64,000 nt of DNA from an uncultured Gammaproteobacteria bacterium (lineage in GTDB: Bacteria; Patescibacteriota; Microgenomatia; UBA12405), in assembly GCA_964503465.1 (NCBI GenBank), contig CAZCYZ010000001.1, positions 195,731 to 259,730 on the forward strand, given 5' to 3'. Positions 46,390 to 54,929 of the stretch are shown here, piece after piece. Below the pieces are notes generated by a model. That model did no database searches and was not told where the DNA came from. It saw only the letters and a list, made by a program, of their open reading frames with translations. Position 1 is the first letter of the stretch. Every line of letters starts with the position of its first letter. The position numbers and the translations under genes were made by a program.

Positions 46390-48128
46390 TGCGACCAATT
46401 CACTGGCTTTTTGTTTTTTTCATTTCTATTTTTTCGATTTTCATCCATTCTCGGCAAATTCTTGTCAACCCTCCATCCCTTTTTTCCGACGAGGTTGATG
46501 CCGGTTATCAAGCCTTTGTTTTCAATTCTTGCGGTAACGACTATTTTGGCAACAAATTCCCCACCCATTTTCAGTCATTTTCTGACTGGCGCACTCCTCT
46601 TTACATTTACAGCGTCTCTTTAGCCCAAAAACTCCTTGGTCCCACCGAAACTTCTGTTAGGCTTCCCAGCCTCATCTTCGGCCTCCTTAGTATTCTTGTT
46701 TTCTCACTTATTATTCACCATATTTTTCAAAGTCAGCTTGCTTTCATCATTTCGTTTGTTGTTCTCTCTCTCAATCCCTGGCTTTTTCACTACAGTCGTA
46801 CTGCTTTTGAAGCTACTGGTATGATTCTTTCCCTTTTGCTGGCGATCTACCTTTGGCTTCTCTACCTTCAAAAACATCAACTGTCTCGTCTTCTCTTGTC
46901 AGTTGTCTTTTTTGCCGCTTCTTTTTATTTTTACGCCACTGCCAAGCTGTTTGTTTTGACACTCGTCTTCCCTATTTTCCTTATCTGGCGATCAAACTTT
47001 CTAAAATTACCTCGCGTTCATCTTTTTGTTGCTGTTGTTATTGCCTCTGTTATTGCCACCCCTCTTGTCGTCGATACCATCAAAGGTAGGGCCGGTTTCC
47101 GTTTTTCTTACATTAGCATCTTTACCGAGCCAACTTTATCGACTTCAGTTGATTATGCCCGTTATCAGGATTTACCTGTCGGCAGTCTGGATCAGGTTGG
47201 TCTTAGTCCTAATTTAACCACCAAGTTTTTTCACAACAAAATTAGCCACACCTTTACTACTTTCATTCGTAACTACATTTCTGCTTTTTCTACTGACTTT
47301 CTTGTTCTTCGAGGGGATAGTAATCTTCGTCAGGGTTTTGGGGAAAAAGGTAACTTTTACTATCTTGACCTAGTATTTTGTCTTGTTGGTCTTGTTTTTG
47401 CTTTTAGTCAACCTAACTTATCAAAATACCTTTATTTCTTTCTCTCTTTTCTTTTGTTAGCTCCAGTTCCTTTCGCTCTAACTCGTGATGTCACCTCCCC
47501 TCAAAGTACCCGGTTAATCTTAATGCTTATCCCTTTAATGTTTTTTATTGTTCTTGGAATTATGGCTATTATCAAACTTGTTCGCAGTCGTTTTATTTGG
47601 GGTCTGTTGGGGATATTATATCTTTTAGAATTTTCTAGTTTTATCCATTATTACAATCACCACTATCCTTTACTTTCAGCTCGGTCCTGGCATTATGGCA
47701 TGAAGACTGCTGTCCTTGATACCACCCCTCTTTCGGGTCAATTTGGCAAGATTTTTTATGGCAGCGGCAACGAACCGTTTTTACCTTTCTTCTACTTTTA
47801 CACTCATTATCTTCCTAGCAGTGCCAGTTGTAATCCGGTTCTCGATACCAAGAACTATTCTGATTCATATTTTTCAGGGAAAGTCGTCGAAAACAAATTC
47901 TTTTTTGGTCCACTTGAATGGAGTAACTTGGTTGCCAATGAACCAATTCTTGACCAGTATCTCTTTGTCATCTCAAGTCTTGAGTTATCACGTCTCAATG
48001 ATTTTCTTAATCATTCCAGCACTCATCGTGGTTACAAAATTAGTTATCAGCTTTTAAAACAACCCCTCAAGATTTATCCCGACCAGGAAGTTTATTACTA
48101 TCTTCAGTTCCAAAAGAAGCCAGTTTAG
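46389..48128 (+). CDS. GT-C fold glycosyltransferase (ArnT/PMT, family 39-like)
   Basis: Polytopic membrane protein with an N-terminal-loop DE motif (SDEVDAGYQAF); start at the ATG at 46389 (TAATG overlap with secF). Confidence 0.65.
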   Translation: MRPIHWLFVFFISIFSIFIHSRQILVNPPSLFSDEVDAGYQAFVFNSCGNDYFGNKFPTHFQSFSDWRTPLYIYSVSLAQKLLGPTETSVRLPSLIFGLLSILVFSLIIHHIFQSQLAFIISFVVLSLNPWLFHYSRTAFEATGMILSLLLAIYLWLLYLQKHQLSRLLLSVVFFAASFYFYATAKLFVLTLVFPIFLIWRSNFLKLPRVHLFVAVVIASVIATPLVVDTIKGRAGFRFSYISIFTEPTLSTSVDYARYQDLPVGSLDQVGLSPNLTTKFFHNKISHTFTTFIRNYISAFSTDFLVLRGDSNLRQGFGEKGNFYYLDLVFCLVGLVFAFSQPNLSKYLYFFLSFLLLAPVPFALTRDVTSPQSTRLILMLIPLMFFIVLGIMAIIKLVRSRFIWGLLGILYLLEFSSFIHYYNHHYPLLSARSWHYGMKTAVLDTTPLSGQFGKIFYGSGNEPFLPFFYFYTHYLPSSASCNPVLDTKNYSDSYFSGKVVENKFFFGPLEWSNLVANEPILDQYLFVISSLELSRLNDFLNHSSTHRGYKISYQLLKQPLKIYPDQEVYYYLQFQKKPV

Positions 48129-49434
48129 TCAGCAGTACCTCCCGTTCATTTAACTTTGGATCTTTCTCTACTTCGGCAAAAATATTATCAAGAATTTCAC
48201 CAATTTTTCGCCCTGGTCCAATCTCTAGCGCCTTCATCACATCATGGCCATCGATTTTAAGATCTTTGACTGAAAATGGTTGTTTCTGAACTTCAACCAA
48301 TCTTTTTTTAAACAATTCCCAACGCCAACTAGTTTCACTGGCGCCACTCCCCACCCTGTCTGCCCTTCTTAGGGCAATCATCTCTTCGAGGTACTCCGGT
48401 GTAACATTGCGGATAAATCGTCTGACAGCACTATCTGTTTGCATCTCGCTGGCCGTAAACATGTGCCACCTTACCAGCCTAAACAATTGATCTAATTCTT
48501 TGTTTGATAATCGCAATCTTTTTCCTATCGCCATTGCCACTCTTGATCCTATTACTTCGTGATTATGAAAGGTTCTTGCCTCACCCTCACCTTGCATCAC
48601 ACTTGGCTTAGCCACATCGTGAAGCAGTGCTGCTAACCTAGTTACCGGATTGTTACTTTGACAATTATTAAGGGATTCTATTAAATGTTCCCACACATTA
48701 AACACATGATGTCCTTTTTGCGCCACCCCCACCCCTGTCAGTACTTCTGGTAATATTTCTGTCAACAAGCCACTGTTTTTCAATAGCTTCATCCCATCCC
48801 CGGGTGTTGGTGATAGTAGAATCTTAAATAACTCATCTCGGATTCGTTCTCCAGCAATTTCTTTGATCAATTTGGTATTGTTGGTTATCGACACAAAGGT
48901 CGCTTCTTCTATCGTAAATCCAATTTGTGACGCGATCCTGATTGCTCTTATCATTCGTAAGGCATCCTCTCCAAATCTTTCGTCTGGATTACCCACTGCT
49001 TTTATTAGTCTCTTTTTTAAATCACTTTCCCCGCCGTACAAATCAACAATTTCACCGTTTAACCCCATTGCCAGGGCATTAATTGTAAAATCCCTTCTCT
49101 GTAAGTCTTCCTCCAAACTCTCCCCCCAATGGATATTGTCCGGGTGTCTTCTGTCCGAATAACCCTGTTCAGTTCTAAAAGTTGTTACCTCAAATACTTC
49201 CTTATCCTCCATTACTATTCCCACTGTCCCAAATTTATTGTCATAAAAACTATTTTTAGGAAACAGTTTTTGAATTTCTTCTGGTTTTAAGTTTGTCGTA
49301 AAGTCCCAGTCTTTAACCTCTCTGTCCATCAGTAAATCTCTTACTGCTCCTCCCACCACATAAATCTCCGCCCCCGCGGCCTCAAATTTGTCTATCAGTT
49401 TTCTTACCTTCTCTGGTAGGACAATCTTTCCCAT
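48067..49434 (-). CDS. cca: CCA-adding enzyme / poly(A) polymerase family nucleotidyltransferase with HD domain
   Basis: GGAVRDLLMDREVKDWDF head domain; RRDFTINALA; C-terminal HD (HDVAK). Confidence 0.85.
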   Translation of the reverse strand: MGKIVLPEKVRKLIDKFEAAGAEIYVVGGAVRDLLMDREVKDWDFTTNLKPEEIQKLFPKNSFYDNKFGTVGIVMEDKEVFEVTTFRTEQGYSDRRHPDNIHWGESLEEDLQRRDFTINALAMGLNGEIVDLYGGESDLKKRLIKAVGNPDERFGEDALRMIRAIRIASQIGFTIEEATFVSITNNTKLIKEIAGERIRDELFKILLSPTPGDGMKLLKNSGLLTEILPEVLTGVGVAQKGHHVFNVWEHLIESLNNCQSNNPVTRLAALLHDVAKPSVMQGEGEARTFHNHEVIGSRVAMAIGKRLRLSNKELDQLFRLVRWHMFTASEMQTDSAVRRFIRNVTPEYLEEMIALRRADRVGSGASETSWRWELFKKRLVEVQKQPFSVKDLKIDGHDVMKALEIGPGRKIGEILDNIFAEVEKDPKLNEREVLLTKLASFGTEDSNKLPGRDKS

Positions 49435-49516
49435 AGCCTATTTTACATCCTTTCGGTGTCGCACTGACTGATCCCTTTTGTGATAACATTAGACAACTTA
49501 ATAATTTGATAAAACT

Positions 49517-49903
49517 ATGTCAAACATTGTTGAAGTTAGGATCAGAGATTATATTCCTGAAGAGGCAAACCAAACAATTGCAACCGAGTTTATGGGAGCT
49601 CTGAATACCGCCGAACAACAGTTTATGGACGAACAACAATTAAACCTAGGACCTATTGTTGCTCTCCTTAATCGCAACATAAATTCCCCGAAGGACTACG
49701 AAGTTGCTCAAGCAATGGTTAAAGCCTATCAAACAGCGGCTGACTTATATCACGCTCAAGGTAGTCAACTTTATCAGGATGACTTCATTTCACAACAAAG
49801 GGTTGACTTTCGACTTCACGCCCTCCAAGCGGCTATGGCTATATCGGGTCTACCAAGCTACTCCCGGACCGATTTTCAAACATCTCAAATCCCTCAGCTT
49901 TAA
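49517..49903 (+). CDS. Hypothetical protein (128 aa)
   Basis: Intact ORF followed by the terminator hairpin at 49921-49941. Confidence 0.4.
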   Translation: MSNIVEVRIRDYIPEEANQTIATEFMGALNTAEQQFMDEQQLNLGPIVALLNRNINSPKDYEVAQAMVKAYQTAADLYHAQGSQLYQDDFISQQRVDFRLHALQAAMAISGLPSYSRTDFQTSQIPQL

Positions 49904-49914
49904 TTCGAGACAAC

Positions 49915-49946
49915 CAAAAACCCCCCGAGCTTGTCGAGGGGTTTTA
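49915..49946. terminator. Bidirectional intrinsic terminator between convergent genes (CCCCCCGAG-CTTG-TCGAGGGG)
   Basis: Hairpin flanked by A-run upstream and T-run downstream. Confidence 0.6.
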
Positions 49947-49970
49947 GTTTCTAACTTGAATTTCTTCAAA

Positions 49971-50237
49971 TTAAGCTTGTGGTTTATCAGGTCGGGGCAA
50001 GGCCTCTTTGACGGCGATGTTTCTTCCATCCTGTTCGGTTCCATCCAAAGCTTTCATAGCTTCAGCGGCCGCTTCTTCAGTCTCAAACTCCACAAAGGCA
50101 AAGCCCTTGCTTCGTCCGGAGAACTTATCTTTAACCACTACTGCCGACACAATGGTCCCAAATGGGGCGAATATCGCCTGCAATTGGTCGTCGGTCATGT
50201 TGTAGGACAAATTTCCTACGAATAGTTTTTTAGCCAT
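49971..50237 (-). CDS. RRM-domain RNA-binding protein
   Basis: RNP-2 LFVGNL and RNP-1 KGFAFVEF motifs. Confidence 0.9.
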   Translation of the reverse strand: MAKKLFVGNLSYNMTDDQLQAIFAPFGTIVSAVVVKDKFSGRSKGFAFVEFETEEAAAEAMKALDGTEQDGRNIAVKEALPRPDKPQA

Positions 50238-50338
50238 TTGGCAAAAACTCTCCTTTTACCTAAAGTAAATAATATGACCAGGAATATAGGCAAAACCTCC
50301 TGGTCAAGGAAATTATAGCACATTTAGTACAATTAAGG

Positions 50339-51931
50339 GTGAAACTTGTTTTGCGTTCTAACACTCTTATTGACAGTCGCTATTCTTCCCATCAGCTTCA
50401 GGACTTGCTTCTTAGTCTTCGCCATCTTGAACTTAAGCCAGTAATACCATCATTTTCCCTCCCAAAGATCAGTCTTGACCCCTCCCAGTCAATTCTTATC
50501 TATGGTGACTACGATGTTGACGGTATCACCGCTACCGCCATTCTTTGGCAGGCATTATCCCGTCATGGCCTCCGGGTTACTCCATTTATTCCCCATCGAG
50601 AGCATGATGGTTATGGCTTCAAGGCTGATAGTTTTTTCCGGTTTCAGCAAGAAAAGGGGATTACTTTTGACACTTTAATTACTGTTGACAACGGTATTGT
50701 TGCTATCTCTGAATTCAAAAAACTAAAAAACATCAAAATTATCGTTGTTGACCACCACTTGGCTGATGCCAATATTGACAATCTACGGTCTATGGTTGAT
50801 AGCCTAATCCATAGTCCCGACTTATCAGCTGCTGGTTTGGCTTACTTTATTGCCCAACAATTTGATCCTCATCCTGATCTTGGTTTAGCCGCTTTGGGTA
50901 CCGTCGCTGACTGTTTGCCACTTTTGGGAGTCAATCGCTCAATTGTTTATCATGGCCTTAGACAGTTGCGTCTCAATCCTTCCCCCGGTATCAAGAAACT
51001 GATCGACGTTAGCCGAGCCAAAATTGACTCTCTTTCGACCTATGACCTCGGTTTTCTTCTTGGACCACGCATTAACGCTGTTGGTCGTTTATCCGACTCC
51101 ATGGATGCTCTCCGGCTCCTTTGTGCCTCTAACCTTGCCACTGCTGGTAAATATGCCACTGTTTTGAATCAGCACAACCAAGATCGCCAGATCCTTCAGC
51201 AACGGGACCTGGTCAGCGCCGAAGAACAGATTGTAAGGGCGGACCACGGTGTCCGCCCCACCTCCATTTTTGTCACCGGTGACTACAACCCCGGTATTAT
51301 TGGCCTCATCGCTGGTCGTCTCACCGAAAAGTATTACCTACCTTCAATTGTCATCGCCCTAAACGGTGACGTTGCCAAGGGTTCTTGTCGATCCATCAAA
51401 GAACTAAACATAATTGAAACTCTCCGCCAAACCTCCGATTTGTTGGTTGACGTTGGTGGCCACCCCGCAGCTGCGGGATTTAGTATCAAGACCATTAATA
51501 TCCCTAAGTTTCAACAAAAGATTACCAACATTGTCAATCAAAAACTCAATTCCCAAATTCTTGAACCAACTCTGGAGGTCGATGCTGAAATGAAACTCGT
51601 GGCAGTTAACGTCAACAATATCAAAGTCATTAAACAATTTGAGCCTTTCGGTGTTGGTAATCCTGAACCACTATTTTTGTTCAAAAATATTCGGGTAGTT
51701 TCCAAGAAATTATTGGGTACCAACCAAGACCACCTCAAGCTAAAACTTGATGATCCAGAAACCCAAAAGATAGAAAACATATCCACCGATGCTATTGCTT
51801 TCAAAAAAGGGGACTATGATGCCAAAATAAAAGTGGGGGATTTAATATCCCTGATTGCCAAGCTTGATCTTAATATCTGGAACGGCATCACCATTTCTCA
51901 GCTTGTTGTTAAAGACATAATTTTGGAATAA
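50339..51931 (+). CDS. recJ: Single-stranded-DNA-specific exonuclease RecJ (DHH/DHHA1), GTG start
   Basis: ILIYGDYDVDGITATAIL, VDHH motif, GGHPAAAG DHHA1. Confidence 0.85.
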   Translation: MKLVLRSNTLIDSRYSSHQLQDLLLSLRHLELKPVIPSFSLPKISLDPSQSILIYGDYDVDGITATAILWQALSRHGLRVTPFIPHREHDGYGFKADSFFRFQQEKGITFDTLITVDNGIVAISEFKKLKNIKIIVVDHHLADANIDNLRSMVDSLIHSPDLSAAGLAYFIAQQFDPHPDLGLAALGTVADCLPLLGVNRSIVYHGLRQLRLNPSPGIKKLIDVSRAKIDSLSTYDLGFLLGPRINAVGRLSDSMDALRLLCASNLATAGKYATVLNQHNQDRQILQQRDLVSAEEQIVRADHGVRPTSIFVTGDYNPGIIGLIAGRLTEKYYLPSIVIALNGDVAKGSCRSIKELNIIETLRQTSDLLVDVGGHPAAAGFSIKTINIPKFQQKITNIVNQKLNSQILEPTLEVDAEMKLVAVNVNNIKVIKQFEPFGVGNPEPLFLFKNIRVVSKKLLGTNQDHLKLKLDDPETQKIENISTDAIAFKKGDYDAKIKVGDLISLIAKLDLNIWNGITISQLVVKDIILE

Positions 51932-52073
51932 AATAAACCAAAGCGTTGAGGTGCCAACAACACCAAGCTTCGGGAAGAAAAGCCAATCACTTATTAGAAC
52001 CCGACAGAAGTCAAACTGTAAAACAGACACCGTGTGTCGGCAACGGAGCACGAAAAACTAATAGTTTTTTGTT

Positions 52074-52099
52074 ATCCCGCACACGCGGGATTATTTTTT
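52074..52099 (+). terminator. Terminator-like hairpin 15 nt upstream of the aspS start codon
   Basis: atcccgcacacgcgggat followed by tatttttta. Confidence 0.5.
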
Positions 52100-52113
52100 A
52101 TATATACTAAAAT

Positions 52114-53934
52114 ATGGAAAGGACAGTAATTTCTGACACTATTTCTGGGATTGGTCAGGAAGTTCGGATCAAAGGTTGGGTGGTTTCAGTTCGAAGTCAC
52201 GGTCAAATAGTCTTTGCCGACATTCGTGATCGTAGTGGTCTTCTTCAAATTGTTGGCGACAAATCATTAAACGAACTTCGTCAAGAATATGCTGTCGAGA
52301 TTGTCGGTCTGGTTCGTCCTCGTGATCCCAAATATTTCAACCCCAAACTTGTTACTGGTCAAATTGAGCTTGAAGTCAAAAGTCTGACGGTTCTGGCCAA
52401 ATCACGCGATCTCCCTTTTGATATTCACCAACCAGACCTCAATGTTTCTCTCCCCACTCTTCTTGATCATCGTTCGGCTTCCCTTCGTAATCTTAAAATC
52501 CAGGATGTATTTACTGTCCAATCAACCATTGTTAATGCCTTCAGAAATTTTTTACAAAGCCAAAACTTCAAGGAAATTTTTGTCCCTACCATTGTTGCTG
52601 GCTCTACTGAGGGAGGATCAGAAGTTTTTCCCGTCGATTATTTTGGCTACCAGGCTTTTTTGGCTCAAAGTCCTCAACTCTACAAACAAGTTCTTACTTC
52701 AGTCTTCGAAAGAGTGTTTACTATCGCTCACGCCTATCGGGCCGAACCTAGCGTCACCACTCGTCATTTGACCGAATACGTTGGGCTCGACGTTGAAATG
52801 GGATTTATTGATAGTTGGCTTGATGTCCTTGGGGTTGCCGATGCCACTGTCAAAGCCATTTTTGAATTGGTTGGTCAACTCCATCAGGACATTCTTGACA
52901 AGTATCAAGCCACTCTCCCCAAAACTATTGCCAACACCCCCCGAATCAAACTAAAAGATGCCCTGGAGTTAATTTACAAACGCACTGGCCGTGACGTTCG
53001 TCAGGAATTAGACATGGACCCAGAAGGTGAACGGGAGATTTGCCGCTGGTCCTTGGAGGAATTTGGTAGTGATCTTGTTTTCATTACCCATTTTTACACC
53101 AAAAAACGTGCCTGGTATTCATTCGCTGATCCCGAAAACCCCAACGAAACCCTTACTTTCGATCTCATTGGTCGAGGAGTCGAGTGGATCAGTGGTGGCC
53201 AACGGATTCATGACTATGACGAATTTAGACAAAAACTAATTTCTCGTGATCAGAATCCTGATGATTTTGAATCACCTTATGGCCAAACCTTTAAATACGG
53301 TATGCCGCCTGAAGGTGGTTTCTGCATTGGTTTGGAGCGAGTCACTCAAAATATTCTTGGCTTAGAAAATATTCGCCAAGCTTCATTGTTCCCCCGCGAC
53401 ATGGAACGTGTCGATGGTCGTTTATCGGTTATTGGTAAAAGAAAAACTCTTACTACCAAAACCGATCTTCACCAAAAACTGTTAAGTTTCCTCAACGAAA
53501 AATTAATAAAATACCAACACTTGGAGCATGAGGAAGTCAAAACATCAGAGGCGGCCGCTGCTGCCCGTGGTACCAGGCTCGAACAGGGAGCCAAGGCATT
53601 GATTATGTACGCCGACAGCCAACCAATATTGGTTGTTCTTTCGGCCGCTAGTAAGCTCGATAGTGATGAGTTCAAAAAACAATTTGGTGTCAAAGATCTT
53701 CGTATGGCTACCCCCGATGAAGTCGAGACGGTCTCCACTGTTCCCATCGGCGCTGTCCCTCCTTTTGGTAACCTCATTAACTTGGTTACTTACGTTGACG
53801 AGGGTTTGTTGGTCAACAAAGAAATCGCTTTCAATGCTGGTTCACGTCGGCATTCAGTTATAATCAAATCTAGTGATTTCGTCAATGCCGTCCGTCCGAA
53901 AAAAGGCCGCTTCTGTCAAGCCACCAAAGACTAA
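52114..53934 (+). CDS. aspS: Class IIb aspartyl/asparaginyl-tRNA synthetase (archaeal-type core) fused to a C-terminal YbaK/ProX-like aminoacyl-tRNA deacylase domain
   Basis: OB-fold anticodon-binding N-terminus; LAQSPQLYKQ and motif-2 YRAEPS...; the C-terminal roughly 170 aa align to YbaK (KALIMY/LAVAV, GAVPPFG ~ GGISPLG, IAFNAGSRRHSVII ~ IYVSGGKRGLDIEL). Confidence 0.75.
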   Translation: MERTVISDTISGIGQEVRIKGWVVSVRSHGQIVFADIRDRSGLLQIVGDKSLNELRQEYAVEIVGLVRPRDPKYFNPKLVTGQIELEVKSLTVLAKSRDLPFDIHQPDLNVSLPTLLDHRSASLRNLKIQDVFTVQSTIVNAFRNFLQSQNFKEIFVPTIVAGSTEGGSEVFPVDYFGYQAFLAQSPQLYKQVLTSVFERVFTIAHAYRAEPSVTTRHLTEYVGLDVEMGFIDSWLDVLGVADATVKAIFELVGQLHQDILDKYQATLPKTIANTPRIKLKDALELIYKRTGRDVRQELDMDPEGEREICRWSLEEFGSDLVFITHFYTKKRAWYSFADPENPNETLTFDLIGRGVEWISGGQRIHDYDEFRQKLISRDQNPDDFESPYGQTFKYGMPPEGGFCIGLERVTQNILGLENIRQASLFPRDMERVDGRLSVIGKRKTLTTKTDLHQKLLSFLNEKLIKYQHLEHEEVKTSEAAAAARGTRLEQGAKALIMYADSQPILVVLSAASKLDSDEFKKQFGVKDLRMATPDEVETVSTVPIGAVPPFGNLINLVTYVDEGLLVNKEIAFNAGSRRHSVIIKSSDFVNAVRPKKGRFCQATKD

Positions 53935-54871
53935 GTCTATTCCTCCAAAGGTCATTAATCTTTTCCTTTGTGGCTTAATTTTTTGTCTATGTCTGGTCTG
54001 GTTACCTGCCAGCCCTCTTTGGACCATCTATCCCCATCCTAAAATACCCAGTTCCAATATTCTTTCTTCAGGTCTTTACAATTACCGCCATCCTGCTATC
54101 CCTTCTCTTAAATCAACCACTTCTCCCTCCTTATTAACTTCCAGTTATATTCTTCTTGATGTTGACACCAACACTGTCCTTCTTAGTAAAAATTCTCACC
54201 TCAAAACATTTCCCGCTTCTATCACCAAGTTGGCCACTGCCCTCACCGCCCTCAATCTCTACCCTCTCGACGAGATTATTACTATCACCGATCCCTACAA
54301 AGATGGCAAGGTAATGGATTTAAAGCCTGGGGAAAAAATTACAGTTCGATCTCTGGTTACTGGACTTTTGGTCTACTCCGCCAACGATGCTGCCTACAAT
54401 TTAGCCAAATATCATTCCCGTGGTATTACTGGCTTTGTTGACGAAATGAATCTTTTAATGTCGCGTTACCAGCTTAAGGATACCAATTTTGTCAATTATG
54501 ACGGTATTCACCAACCTAATCATTATTCTACTGTTTACGATCTTTCCCAATTAGCCCGTTTAGCTATTAAAAATCCCATTATCACTGACGTGGTCAAATC
54601 AACCAAACTTACTGTTACTGATGTTGAAGGCAAAATTGCCCACCCCCTCTTGTCAACAAACGAGTTACTGGAGGTTGTCCCCGAAATTGAAGGTCTCAAA
54701 ACCGGTTGGACTCCCGAAGCTGGGGGTTGTTTTGTTGGCCTCATCAACATTAACGGCCATCGTCTTATTAGTGTCGTTACTCAAAGTCAGGATCGTTTTG
54801 TCGATACCAGAACTCTCGTTACCTGGGCCAAAGAAAACATCGTTTGGATGCAATATCCAGTAAAAATCTAA
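53873..54871 (+). CDS. dacC: D-alanyl-D-alanine carboxypeptidase (serine peptidase S11 / PBP5 family)
   Basis: SxxK SITKLAT, SxN SANDAA, KTG LKTGWT; signal-anchor; start uncertain (ATGs at 53873 and 53885 overlap the aspS 3' end). Confidence 0.8.
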   Translation: MISSMPSVRKKAASVKPPKTKSIPPKVINLFLCGLIFCLCLVWLPASPLWTIYPHPKIPSSNILSSGLYNYRHPAIPSLKSTTSPSLLTSSYILLDVDTNTVLLSKNSHLKTFPASITKLATALTALNLYPLDEIITITDPYKDGKVMDLKPGEKITVRSLVTGLLVYSANDAAYNLAKYHSRGITGFVDEMNLLMSRYQLKDTNFVNYDGIHQPNHYSTVYDLSQLARLAIKNPIITDVVKSTKLTVTDVEGKIAHPLLSTNELLEVVPEIEGLKTGWTPEAGGCFVGLININGHRLISVVTQSQDRFVDTRTLVTWAKENIVWMQYPVKI

Positions 54872-54886
54872 AAATAAATCGGTCAT

Positions 54887-54927
54887 TCCCCTCCTTTTTT
54901 CAAGGGAGGGGTTAGGGGTGGGTTTTG
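54887..54927. repeat. G-rich hairpin element, copy 5 (bidirectional terminator between convergent genes)
   Basis: ccctcctttttttcaagggaggggttaggggtgggttttg; four G-runs G3-A-G4-TTA-G4-T-G3. Confidence 0.65.
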
Positions 54928-54929
54928 TT

